The notes under the pieces: model-generated
Database searches by the model: none
Seen by the model: the letters and a program-made list of their open reading frames with translations, nothing else
What the model was told of the DNA's origin: nothing
Virus record (IMG/VR): IMGVR_UViG_3300021091_000016
Length of the DNA stretch: 64,000 nucleotides
Strand: one strand, 5' to 3'
Origin: a virus
Shown: in pieces, positions 38,759 to 48,108 of the stretch
How positions within the stretch are numbered: the stretch's first letter is position 1
Layout of the letters: every line of letters starts with the position of its first letter
Position numbers and translations under genes: made by a program

Positions 38759-39144
38759 TGTCATATAATGTCGCTAGACAGGTCAGCCCACAGGTTGCCA
38801 TCCTGTCATTCTCATCTGCAGGGGCGGGAAATGTCGATTTTGCATCGGTAAACGGCCAATTCTCCACTACTGGAATCGGTACTAGTACGCTACAACTGGA
38901 AGCAGGGTATGAGTATTTTCTGATATCATCGCCGGTCACTGCATCAGCAACGGGCGCAACATTTTATCATATAGTCAATGGGGTCAATAGGACTTCATAT
39001 AGCATAGTATCCACGAGCGTTACAAGCGGACTAGATCAACAGATTGAATCCATTCAAAGTGACTCAACGACAACTTTTTCTTTGCATTGCAGTCAAGCCA
39101 CATCGAGCAACTCAAGGCTCGAAGTTTGGAGGATGCCTTTATGA
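38758..39144 (+). CDS. beta-rich protein (module 3a)
   Basis: MSYNV start with GGAGG SD; LEAGYEY. Confidence 0.5.
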   Translation: MSYNVARQVSPQVAILSFSSAGAGNVDFASVNGQFSTTGIGTSTLQLEAGYEYFLISSPVTASATGATFYHIVNGVNRTSYSIVSTSVTSGLDQQIESIQSDSTTTFSLHCSQATSSNSRLEVWRMPL

Positions 39145-39518
39145 GTCACGACCCCAGTGCGAACGCAGGTATAAGGTCAATTCAAGTTGATATAGATGGG
39201 GCATCGATTGTGAGTGATGATATAGCAACTCATACAAAAACTACATTCAATGCATCATCAGTTTATTTTATAGATCACCGATATTTTTATACTACCAGTA
39301 GTTCCAGTGCAGGTAAGATCGTATACACAAGTTTATCTGGATTTGGCTTTATGGGGGGAATCACTAGATCAAATGCGGTTACTGGATTAAGTACGATAAC
39401 CGATAGTTTATTTTGTGGGGTAAATACCAGAAACCAAAATTTAACTAATGTGGAAACGAGTCAAGGGTCGGGGACTTTAACCTCAACTACCTTTAGATCA
39501 TATTGGAGGATTTTATGA
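39141..39518 (+). CDS. beta-rich protein (module 3b)
   Basis: MSHDP start with GGAGG SD. Confidence 0.5.
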   Translation: MSHDPSANAGIRSIQVDIDGASIVSDDIATHTKTTFNASSVYFIDHRYFYTTSSSSAGKIVYTSLSGFGFMGGITRSNAVTGLSTITDSLFCGVNTRNQNLTNVETSQGSGTLTSTTFRSYWRIL

Positions 39519-40021
39519 GCTACTTTGGATCAGAAAAAAGGCTACTCCTATCAATATCGGCTCTATCATCAACGGCAACTCAAGCAATTGGATTAACTGA
39601 AACTGATGTCACCGTCTTTAATGGACAGAGCTTGACACAACTGGTATCATCTATCGGCTATCCCAGTATATCATCAGCATCTCAGCAGATCACTCTTGAG
39701 GCGGGATGGTACTATCTGTTATCTGTCAGAATCAAGGTTGATGATGCAACCCAGACCACAACAGAATATTTGCGCTTTTTTGTATCCGATACATCAAACA
39801 ATCCATTATCATCAACAGGACTACAGATTATATATAGAGATACTAACGCAACGGTAGGTCAAGAAAATTGCATAGTTTATATTGACGCAACATCAGCACA
39901 ACAGACTATAAAAATCAGGGCTCAAAAGGTCAATTCAACTGGCACAGTGACCATCAATGGAAATACTGATGCTGGAGCTTCCAATTTTAAGTCACATTTA
40001 TTGATAAAGGCATGGAAATAA
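39515..40021 (+). CDS. beta-rich protein (module 3c)
   Basis: MSYFG start with GGAGG SD; ITLEAGWYYL. Confidence 0.5.
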   Translation: MSYFGSEKRLLLSISALSSTATQAIGLTETDVTVFNGQSLTQLVSSIGYPSISSASQQITLEAGWYYLLSVRIKVDDATQTTTEYLRFFVSDTSNNPLSSTGLQIIYRDTNATVGQENCIVYIDATSAQQTIKIRAQKVNSTGTVTINGNTDAGASNFKSHLLIKAWK

Positions 40022-40155
40022 TGCAAGTAACTAAAAATTTTAAGCTCTCAGAGCTTGAATTTAGCGATCCCATCCTGCCTGAGCTAGTCGCAAATCCAGT
40101 TGAACTTTTATCTATAAAGATAATGCAAATGGATATATTGCAAATTCATCAATAA
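40021..40155 (+). pseudogene. truncated remnant of a second M15 peptidase gene
   Basis: MQVTKNFKLSELEFSDPILPELVANPVELL aligns with LQVTKNFNISELEYYDAVPTTLVANATELL of 35702..36109, then diverges and stops. Confidence 0.75.
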
Positions 40156-40212
40156 CTATTTTATATACAGGCTGAAATATATGCAGTTAAAAATATTTTA
40201 AGAGTAAAAAAT

Positions 40213-40320
40213 ATGCAAATAAAATCAAAAACCTTTATAGGTCAAGAACCTGTATACGATATTAGCGTTGATTCGCCACATCATGACTTTCAATTAGAGA
40301 ATGGTGTTGTAGTTTCAAAT
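40213..40320 (+). mobile_element. split intein C-half (IntC, 36 aa)
   Basis: MQIKSKTFIGQEPVYDISVDSPHHDFQLENGVVVSN|C; block F VYD, terminal SN, +1 Cys. Confidence 0.92.
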
Positions 40321-41487
40321 TGCTTTAACAAAGCACACTCAGTTTCTTATTCTGTACTTACTTATGTAACTGCTTATTTAAAAGCAAATTATCCAGTAGA
40401 ATTTTTCACTGCGTTAATGAGTACTAGATCTAAAACCTTACAACCAAAAACATGGGCTGTCAAAGCTCCAGAGTATATAAATGAGGCAAAGCATTTTGGA
40501 GTTGATATATTCCCACCCGATATTAATCGGAGTAGCTTTGAGTTTACCATTCATGATAACGAAATTTATTTTGGATTAAATGCTATTAGAGATGTTGGTA
40601 GTACCGCTGCAAAATATATTATTAGTGCGCGCGGAAATACACCATTCAAAGATGTCTGGGATTTTATCAATAGAGTAAATACTCAAAAAGTTAACACTAA
40701 GGTTTTCCAAGGTCTAGTTAAAGCAGGTGCATTTGATAAGTTAGGCTATATACGTTCAGAATTAATACAAAATATAGATTTAATATACTCTTACTTAAGA
40801 GATACAGATGAGTACAATCAAAGAAAATTAGATATTATAGAAAGAAATAAAGAGAATGAACGTTTATTACCTTTAATAGAACATAGAAACTTTTTACGTA
40901 ACGAAATTGTAAAACTCAAAAAGAAAGTAATTAAAGCTCCAAATGACTTAGAAATACAAACAAAATTAAATCAATATGAACAAGAGCTACAACCATTAGA
41001 AGATATGGAAATGAAAAAATTAGTAGAGCTAAAGGAAAAAGAACTTCCTGTCAAACCTGAGTTTAACAGAGTCAAGGAAGTGCCTATTAGTATCACTGAG
41101 GTTTTAGACCAAGCTGATTATATTGGCTGTTATATAGGCGGACATCCTATTAATCTTACAAGTATTGAAAGAACAAATTTAGATGAAGTAGAGGATTCGT
41201 TTCGTTATAGAATCGCCGGCATTATTTTATCTCAAAGAATTATAAATACAAAGGCTGGTAAAAAGATGGCTGTATTAGAAATAGATGATTCTACAAGTTC
41301 TGCAGAACTTGTAGTTTTTCCGCATATGTTTGAAGGGTTTTTTTCTTTACAATTCGAGGAAGGTGACATAATAATTGCAGATGTTAAAGTAGACGAAACT
41401 GAACCAGATTTAAAACTTATAGGAAATAAATTCCTAAAGCATACATGGAAAACAAATGAGCAAAATATATTACCCTTGGACAAATGA
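40213..41487 (+). CDS. dnaE: IntC fused to DNA polymerase III alpha piece 3 (fingers/HhH/OB)
   Basis: CFNKAHSVSY, AYLKANYPVEF, PPDINRS, GLNAIRDVG, KAGAFD, OB fold. Confidence 0.93.
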   Translation: MQIKSKTFIGQEPVYDISVDSPHHDFQLENGVVVSNCFNKAHSVSYSVLTYVTAYLKANYPVEFFTALMSTRSKTLQPKTWAVKAPEYINEAKHFGVDIFPPDINRSSFEFTIHDNEIYFGLNAIRDVGSTAAKYIISARGNTPFKDVWDFINRVNTQKVNTKVFQGLVKAGAFDKLGYIRSELIQNIDLIYSYLRDTDEYNQRKLDIIERNKENERLLPLIEHRNFLRNEIVKLKKKVIKAPNDLEIQTKLNQYEQELQPLEDMEMKKLVELKEKELPVKPEFNRVKEVPISITEVLDQADYIGCYIGGHPINLTSIERTNLDEVEDSFRYRIAGIILSQRIINTKAGKKMAVLEIDDSTSSAELVVFPHMFEGFFSLQFEEGDIIIADVKVDETEPDLKLIGNKFLKHTWKTNEQNILPLDK

Positions 41488-42556
41488 AGAGGATCAAATT
41501 CTTTTCAAATATCAAAATCAAAAAACTATTGCTGAAATTGCTGAAATTATAAATCAATATCATGCTAAAAATATAGTAGGATTTAATACTCAACGCTCTT
41601 ATGATGCAGTAAGAAACAGATTGAATCGGGGGAGAGTAACTGATTACCCAGTAATCTCCCCTAAACGAAAGGATCCATATACTGAAAGATGGGAGCATAT
41701 TAAAGAATGTGTAAAGGAATATGAATCTACATCATCTAGGTTAACATTAGGTATTACAGACCATCAAAGTCGAAAAATAGTTAGCTTTAGCGATTTACAT
41801 ATTCCATTCTTTTTATACGATGATATAAAAAGAGCATGTCAAGTACATTCAGACGCAGATATTATAGTCTTAAATGGAGATATTCTTGACGGATATATAT
41901 TCAGTACTTATAGTAAATCAAAACGAGTCGCAGCTATTAAAGAGTATATGGCTGCATTTGATTTAGTTTATTTCCTAGCTAATAGCTTTAAACAAATCGT
42001 AATAGTATCTGGTAATCATGATGCTAGAACCTCTAGAGCTTTAGCATCTAATGGCTTCGAGCAAGAAGCAACTCAGGTTTTTAGACCAGATTTACTTGCA
42101 AGAATTGCTGCTGGAGAGGAATTAAACAAATATGGAGACTTGATTAAAAAACATGATTTCCAAAATGTAACCTATCAAAGATTTGATTCTTGGTATGTAA
42201 GGATTGGCAAAACTATATTTTGCCATCCAGATGGTTTTGGTAATGCTTATCCAGGTAATACTGCAGTTAAGCTTTTAGACCATTTTAGCGCAAGATTAGG
42301 CTTTGAAGATTTTGATTCAATTGTAGTAGGACATACTCATAAACAATACAAAGGTATTGTAGGTAACAAGCTTTTAATTGAACAAGGTGCAATGTCTCAA
42401 AGCTTGCCTTATCAATTTAAAGCAGACTTAAAATTTAAAAATGCGGTAAATGGTTATGCAATCATTTACCAAGATTCTGAAGGAAATACAGACTTCAATT
42501 ACTCAACACCAGTGTACTTAGGTACACATTTGCCCGTAAAGAAAGAGGCGTTATAA
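41456..42556 (+). CDS. calcineurin-like metallophosphoesterase with N-terminal HTH/Myb-like segment
   Basis: SDLHIP, NGDILD, GNHD, FCHP, GHTH; N-terminal WTNEED. Confidence 0.85.
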   Translation: MSKIYYPWTNEEDQILFKYQNQKTIAEIAEIINQYHAKNIVGFNTQRSYDAVRNRLNRGRVTDYPVISPKRKDPYTERWEHIKECVKEYESTSSRLTLGITDHQSRKIVSFSDLHIPFFLYDDIKRACQVHSDADIIVLNGDILDGYIFSTYSKSKRVAAIKEYMAAFDLVYFLANSFKQIVIVSGNHDARTSRALASNGFEQEATQVFRPDLLARIAAGEELNKYGDLIKKHDFQNVTYQRFDSWYVRIGKTIFCHPDGFGNAYPGNTAVKLLDHFSARLGFEDFDSIVVGHTHKQYKGIVGNKLLIEQGAMSQSLPYQFKADLKFKNAVNGYAIIYQDSEGNTDFNYSTPVYLGTHLPVKKEAL

Positions 42557-42861
42557 TGGATAACGAACAACAACAAAAGTTAATGGAATTGGTAAAGGTT
42601 TTACAAGGACATGAAATGCGTTTGGAATATAACTTCAGCGCAATCCTACAAGTCTCTATGCTCGTAGAATATTTATTTGTACAGCTTGCAGAAAAAGGAA
42701 TTGAAATTCCAATGGAACCATTCGAGGAATTCCAAAAGGAACGTATGAGCGAAATTGAAAAGTCATATGACACCTTAAAAGCAAATCCAGAGGTAGAAGC
42801 TAAGATTGCAGAATCTGTAGAAGAGTTTCAAAAGCAAGTAAAAGAAAGAATCAAGCTATAA
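42556..42861 (+). CDS. hypothetical helical protein
   Basis: 101-aa coupled ORF. Confidence 0.6.
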   Translation: MDNEQQQKLMELVKVLQGHEMRLEYNFSAILQVSMLVEYLFVQLAEKGIEIPMEPFEEFQKERMSEIEKSYDTLKANPEVEAKIAESVEEFQKQVKERIKL

Positions 42862-42862
42862 T

Positions 42863-43891
42863 ATGCCGTGGTCTTTTATTAACCATATTACCAAACACCT
42901 AGAAAGACCTGGTTTAAGCGAACAGAAGCATCCTACTCAATGGCCTTCTGAAGCTAGCGCCTGTATATTAAACGAATACAATGAATCAGAAATGATTGGT
43001 AAATGCCGAAGAGCTAATTATTTTAGATATTTAATGGATTTGTGGAATTTTCAACAGGATGAATCAGAGCTAATCCAACAACAAGAAATTATAAAGCAGA
43101 TATACAAGAATACTAAGCCTGCAGATTCATATTTAAAATGGATTTGGAGACAAGGGGAATTGTATGAGCAATACTGTGTTGACTTAGCTAAAGAGTCTGG
43201 GGTGTTTATTGCAACTCAAGTAAGTATATACATACCTAAGCTAAATGTATCAGGTAAAATAGACTTGGTAGTTATTGATCCAGAAACTCATAAATATCAT
43301 ATCGTAGAAGTTAAATCAGTATATGGATTTAACGCGAACTCTGTAATAGGTACTCCAGGTGAACGTAAAAAGGGTGAGCTAGGCAAGCCTAGAGATTCAC
43401 ATTTAATGCAAATCGGATTGTATCAATGGTGGTATGGAAACGTAACTGATAATTTTGCAGAGGGATTATTAGTTTATGGCTCAAGAGATACAGGTAGATA
43501 TGGTGAATATAAGGTTACTGTAGAAAGAGTAGACGATAAAGATTGGATTTTTTATCAAGGTAATTGTCCTAATTATACTGATAAAATAAATTCTGGAATA
43601 TCTATTCAATCTATTTGTGAGCAATATGCTTATATACAAAAATGTATAAAAGAATTTGAAGTGCCCCCTAGAGATTATGATTTATTTTATAGCGCTGAAA
43701 AAATTGATTTATTATATGAGCGCGGATTATTGAATAAAGCAGAAACTGAACGTTATGAAAAACGTAAAGCTCAAATTGAATCGGGTAAGGAAAAATTAAA
43801 TAAGCCAATCGAAAAAGGTGATTGGCAATGTGAACTGTGCCAATATAAAGATATATGCTATGACTCAAATGCAAAGCCAAGAGTACTATGA
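42863..43891 (+). CDS. PD-(D/E)XK exonuclease (Cas4/RecB-like, putative Fe-S Cys ligands)
   Basis: GKCRR, GKIDLV, IVEVKS, QIGLY, WQCELCQYKDIC. Confidence 0.8.
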   Translation: MPWSFINHITKHLERPGLSEQKHPTQWPSEASACILNEYNESEMIGKCRRANYFRYLMDLWNFQQDESELIQQQEIIKQIYKNTKPADSYLKWIWRQGELYEQYCVDLAKESGVFIATQVSIYIPKLNVSGKIDLVVIDPETHKYHIVEVKSVYGFNANSVIGTPGERKKGELGKPRDSHLMQIGLYQWWYGNVTDNFAEGLLVYGSRDTGRYGEYKVTVERVDDKDWIFYQGNCPNYTDKINSGISIQSICEQYAYIQKCIKEFEVPPRDYDLFYSAEKIDLLYERGLLNKAETERYEKRKAQIESGKEKLNKPIEKGDWQCELCQYKDICYDSNAKPRVL

Positions 43892-44096
43892 AATAGAGTA
43901 CAAAATTAATAATGAAAAATATATTATAACAGATATAAATTCGTTAACTTCTGCAATGGATAATTTTTTTAATATTGCAAAAAGAAAAGAAAAATCCTAT
44001 TACTATAAAGCTGTTATGTATTGCATAACAAATTCAAATAGAAAAGTTGTTTTAAAACAAAACCTGACATTAATTGGAGTAAACAATGGTTTATGA
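43818..44096 (+). CDS. hypothetical protein
   Basis: Short ORF filling the gap; start uncertain. Confidence 0.4.
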   Translation: MIGNVNCANIKIYAMTQMQSQEYYEIEYKINNEKYIITDINSLTSAMDNFFNIAKRKEKSYYYKAVMYCITNSNRKVVLKQNLTLIGVNNGL

Positions 44097-45165
44097 ATAC
44101 AATTTAGAAACCTTCAAAGACCTATCTCTATCAACTAAAGATGTACTGCTTGTACCCAATAAAGGACTTTTGGTTTCTAGAAGTGAAGCAGATATTCATA
44201 GTTATCTATTCTCTGCGCCGATGGATACAGTTACTGGATTAGATTTATGTGAGGGCTTAATTGCACAAAATCAAAATGCAGTAATTAGTCGTTTCTTGCC
44301 ACTACCAGAAAGAATTGAAGCCTTTGTTAGATTTGCACATCATCATCGTTTTTGGTGGTCTGTAGGTGTCAATTTTGAGGAGGAGTCTAAACAAATAGAA
44401 ACTTTCTTAAAATGTTTACCTATTGAAAAAACAGATAATATTAAAATTAATATCTGTGTAGATGTCGCACATGGAGACACAGACCAGCTACATCAAGTAT
44501 ATCAAAGCTGGAAAGAATTATCCTATGTTAGAAATTTAATGTCAGGAAGCATTGCAACTGGTGAAGCAGCATTAAGGTGCATTGACTCTGGATGCAATGT
44601 ATTGAGAGTAGGCATTGGCCCTGGAGCAGCATGTACAACAAGACTTGTTACAGGAGTTGGAGTACCACAGCTCTCAGCAGTTTTTGATGTATATTCAATG
44701 CTATATCAAGTAGATGCTTCATTGCTTGATGAAGTTATGATTATTGCTGATGGGGGAATTAACAACAGCGGTGATATTGCTAAATATCTATCTGCTGGTG
44801 CAACTCATGTAATGTTAGGAAAAATGCTATCCTACACAAATGAATCTGCTGGATGGGAGCTACCTGATTTAGTTACTGCAATTAAATTAAAGAGTAGAGA
44901 AAAGGTGAAACGGTTTAGAGGTCAAGCGTCTAAAGAATTTCAGATTCAACAATATGGTGCTGCAAAGAATGTAGAAGGTGCATCCTCTAACTATTTCAAC
45001 CCTAAATACAGATTATCAGATTTATTAGAAGAATTGAATAGCGGTCTAAGCTCTGCTGTTAGTTACCTTGGAGTAACTAACACTATGGACTTAAACCCTC
45101 ATTCAGTAGAATTTAGAAGAATTACTCAAAACGGCTGGTCAGAATCAAACACCAACCTTCCTTAA
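44086..45165 (+). CDS. IMP dehydrogenase / GMP reductase family protein (no CBS domains)
   Basis: SAPMDTVT, VDVAHG, RVGIGPGAACTTR, IADGGI, VMLGKML. Confidence 0.9.
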   Translation: MVYEYNLETFKDLSLSTKDVLLVPNKGLLVSRSEADIHSYLFSAPMDTVTGLDLCEGLIAQNQNAVISRFLPLPERIEAFVRFAHHHRFWWSVGVNFEEESKQIETFLKCLPIEKTDNIKINICVDVAHGDTDQLHQVYQSWKELSYVRNLMSGSIATGEAALRCIDSGCNVLRVGIGPGAACTTRLVTGVGVPQLSAVFDVYSMLYQVDASLLDEVMIIADGGINNSGDIAKYLSAGATHVMLGKMLSYTNESAGWELPDLVTAIKLKSREKVKRFRGQASKEFQIQQYGAAKNVEGASSNYFNPKYRLSDLLEELNSGLSSAVSYLGVTNTMDLNPHSVEFRRITQNGWSESNTNLP

Positions 45166-45251
45166 TGTCAAAAATTGGTTAAAAATTAATGTCAAAATTG
45201 ACATGAATATTTCTGTCAAAAATGACACTTTTTTATAGCCTAAAATTGACA
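45166..45251. promoter_or_regulatory. array of TGTCA-N4-TGACA palindromes at 24-bp period (copy 2)
   Basis: Perfect boxes at 45190 and 45214; half boxes at 45166 and 45238; upstream of primase-helicase. Confidence 0.7.
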
Positions 45252-45322
45252 TTTATTTCACTTGTATTTTCATTTCGGGAATCGTATTTATAGAATCCCC
45301 TCAAACTTGTAAGGAATAAAAC

Positions 45323-47818
45323 ATGTATATTACTAATATTGAAGAAGTAGTTGGGATATTAAGATCAAAGTTAAAGGACTACTTAACAAAGAAATTAAAT
45401 TTAGACGCTAGTTCTAATAAGCTTAAATGCTTTGCACATGATGATAATGATCCATCTATGCATTTTAATCCAAAAACAGGCAATGAAACTGTAAAATGTT
45501 TTTCATGTGGATTCACTGGAGATATCTTTACTTGCGCAAACCATTTAGAAAATCTACCGTTGAATGGTCCAGAATGGTTACATGTAACCATTCCTACATT
45601 ATGTGACTATCTAGATATTGCTTATTCTCCAGGAGAGCTAAGCTTAATGGATAAAGAAAAGATTAATCTATATAAGCTTGCACAAGACATTTCAGATATT
45701 ATGTCTAATCAAAGAAATGTAGACATTCCTTATCTTGTAGAAAGAAATTGGATTCAACAATTCTCTGTGATTGGTTCTATTGATTCACAAGAACTAATTA
45801 ATCTTTTAGTAGCAAAGGGATGGGATGCCGGATTTATTAATCAAAGTAATTTTATTAAAACAAAATTCCATACATATTTTGGAAAAGACAAAGTTACCTT
45901 TGCAATCAAAGACCATGTAAAAAGAACAGTAGGCTTTATTTGCCGCAATTTAAATATTACAGAAGACCAACCTAAATATGTGAATAATCCTGAAACTCTT
46001 ATTTACAAGAAATCTCAAGCCTTAATGGGTATTGATGTTGCATTGTTACAAGCTAAGAAGGATGGCTTGTATGTACTTGAAGGTCCTGGTGACCTTATGC
46101 AATTGTATCGTTTAGGAATTACTAATGCAGTTGCTGTTTGTGGAACTGCTTTCACAGAATCACATCTATTATATTTAAAAACCTTAGGCATCAAAAAGAT
46201 TTTCTTTAATTTCGATTGGGATAAAGCAGGATATACTGCAACTCAAAGAGTATTTGAATCAATCTTAAAGGCTACTAGTGGTGTTTCTTGTTATGTAGTA
46301 ATGCCTCCTAAAGGCTCTCAAGCAAAAGACCCAGACGAATATCTAAAGGATAAAACATCTGCAAGTGACTATCTAAGCTTAGAAAAGATTAGCAGCTTTA
46401 ATTGGCTTATGAAAACATTTAGCGATACTGAATCTCCAGATGTAATTTGTCAAAAGATGATTCCTGTGATTGCTGCTGAGGATGCAGCAATCAAACGTGA
46501 GCTATTGATTAAGTCTTTATCTACATTTACTGGTATCAGCGAGTCATCTATTGGAACTGACGTAAACTCTATTAGAAATAATAAATTTAATGAAAAGCTA
46601 GATAGATTAAAGAACGCCGCAGACAAATACATTAAAGATGTAGAGGAAGATCCAGATGGTATTCGTTCACATATGGCTAATCACGAATTAGCCATTGAGA
46701 ATATCGAGAAAGAATATCGAAACAATACTATCGGGATTAACTATCAATTATCTAGATTTGATGCAATACAACAGCAAAGAGAGGAATCTGTAAGTGATGA
46801 GCAAGCTACTAGCTTTAAAATGAATTGGTTCAAGGACTTTGAATCTAATTTAGCTGGTGGTATGAATTGGGCTTCTGGTTGTTTGATGTATGTAGGCGGT
46901 AGAGCTAACAGTGGTAAGACTGCAACCTGTTTGATGATTGGTACTGACATTGCAAATAGTGATGAAAATGCTGTAGTTTTGATTCATAGTACAGATGATT
47001 CATATGAACAAATTGAGCCGCGTATTAAAACAAATCTATATAGAATGATTGCACCTGATGGACCTAAGCTATCAATTGGTATGATGGTTCAACCTAATAT
47101 CAATCTTAGAGGTAAATCAAATGATTATCAAAAGGCTTGGGAGTTAGCTAATGAAAGATTTAGAGAACTAATCGAAGAGGAAAGACTGGTAGTTATTGAC
47201 TCTGAGGATGGCGCAACTCTATCTGTACTAGAAAGAAATCTAAGATATTATAGACAACGTTATCCTAATAAAAAGATTCTTTTAGTATGTGACAATACTA
47301 TGAATTACATGGATTTTCTTAATCTAGACCAAACTGCAAGAATTACTCAAATTAGTAATATGCAAAAGAATTTAACAGTAAAATACAAATGCACTATGAT
47401 TGCAACTGCAGAGTATCGCAAGAATATGAATGCAGATTATTCTAAATTTAGATTGCCAGTAGATGATGATTTGGCTGATGCACGTGCATTGATGTATAGA
47501 CCAAATGTAATCTTCCACGTATATAATGATATTCATGACCGTAAGGAGCATGCAGAAATATTTTGGAATGATGAAGAAGGTAATATGCGTCCTAGATTGC
47601 TCTTGCATTTTACTAAGAATAAGATATCTTCATTTAAAGAGAAAATGTTTTTAGATTTAGATATTACAAGTGTAACTCTCAAACCAGTAGATTCTAAGTT
47701 TGCACAACAACAAACAGAAAGATATCGTGATTTAAAGGATCAAGGTATTGTAGAGTCTGATGGTAAAAGAGTAAACTACGTAGAAGCAGAAGATTACGAA
47801 GAAGAAAGCGAGGACTAA
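45323..47818 (+). CDS. DNA primase-helicase fusion (CHC2 Zn finger, DnaG TOPRIM, DnaB-like helicase)
   Basis: CFAHDD...CFSCG, PKYVNNPE, LEGPGD, FDWDKAG, KDPDEY; GGRANSGKT. Confidence 0.9.
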   Translation: MYITNIEEVVGILRSKLKDYLTKKLNLDASSNKLKCFAHDDNDPSMHFNPKTGNETVKCFSCGFTGDIFTCANHLENLPLNGPEWLHVTIPTLCDYLDIAYSPGELSLMDKEKINLYKLAQDISDIMSNQRNVDIPYLVERNWIQQFSVIGSIDSQELINLLVAKGWDAGFINQSNFIKTKFHTYFGKDKVTFAIKDHVKRTVGFICRNLNITEDQPKYVNNPETLIYKKSQALMGIDVALLQAKKDGLYVLEGPGDLMQLYRLGITNAVAVCGTAFTESHLLYLKTLGIKKIFFNFDWDKAGYTATQRVFESILKATSGVSCYVVMPPKGSQAKDPDEYLKDKTSASDYLSLEKISSFNWLMKTFSDTESPDVICQKMIPVIAAEDAAIKRELLIKSLSTFTGISESSIGTDVNSIRNNKFNEKLDRLKNAADKYIKDVEEDPDGIRSHMANHELAIENIEKEYRNNTIGINYQLSRFDAIQQQREESVSDEQATSFKMNWFKDFESNLAGGMNWASGCLMYVGGRANSGKTATCLMIGTDIANSDENAVVLIHSTDDSYEQIEPRIKTNLYRMIAPDGPKLSIGMMVQPNINLRGKSNDYQKAWELANERFRELIEEERLVVIDSEDGATLSVLERNLRYYRQRYPNKKILLVCDNTMNYMDFLNLDQTARITQISNMQKNLTVKYKCTMIATAEYRKNMNADYSKFRLPVDDDLADARALMYRPNVIFHVYNDIHDRKEHAEIFWNDEEGNMRPRLLLHFTKNKISSFKEKMFLDLDITSVTLKPVDSKFAQQQTERYRDLKDQGIVESDGKRVNYVEAEDYEEESED

Positions 47819-48108
47819 TGAACGATAAATCATTAGGTATTTATGTATTGAGTGAAAAGAAATTCTATTATCTTGAATCTGGAGATAATTATATCTCAAA
47901 TACAGTTGATAGAATCAAGAAAGCTCTAATGGCTAGAGGCACTATAAAAACACCTACAATTGGCTCTTATGCTAATCCAGGTTACGAAATAATGAGCTGC
48001 CTTCAAGCTAAGTTAAAAGAACTTGATATGGCGCCTATTTTTATTAGTGAAAATGTAAAAGAAAGCTTTCAAAAGCAAAGCACCTCAAAGGGTTATTCTT
48101 TTAAATGA
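47818..48108 (+). CDS. hypothetical protein
   Basis: Coupled ORF. Confidence 0.55.
   Translation: MNDKSLGIYVLSEKKFYYLESGDNYISNTVDRIKKALMARGTIKTPTIGSYANPGYEIMSCLQAKLKELDMAPIFISENVKESFQKQSTSKGYSFK

Noticed and set aside
42863-43891. cas4 of a CRISPR-Cas system
   Set aside because: A solo Cas4-like exonuclease in a replication cluster is common in phages; no cas1/cas2 or array
1285-47608. Short antisense or alternate-frame ORFs in the track (e.g. 1285-1539, 1765-2115, 9976-10248, 14731-15015, 27311-27505, 32338-32748, 45379-45591)
   Set aside because: They are shadows of well-supported genes, with no motifs or RBS noted
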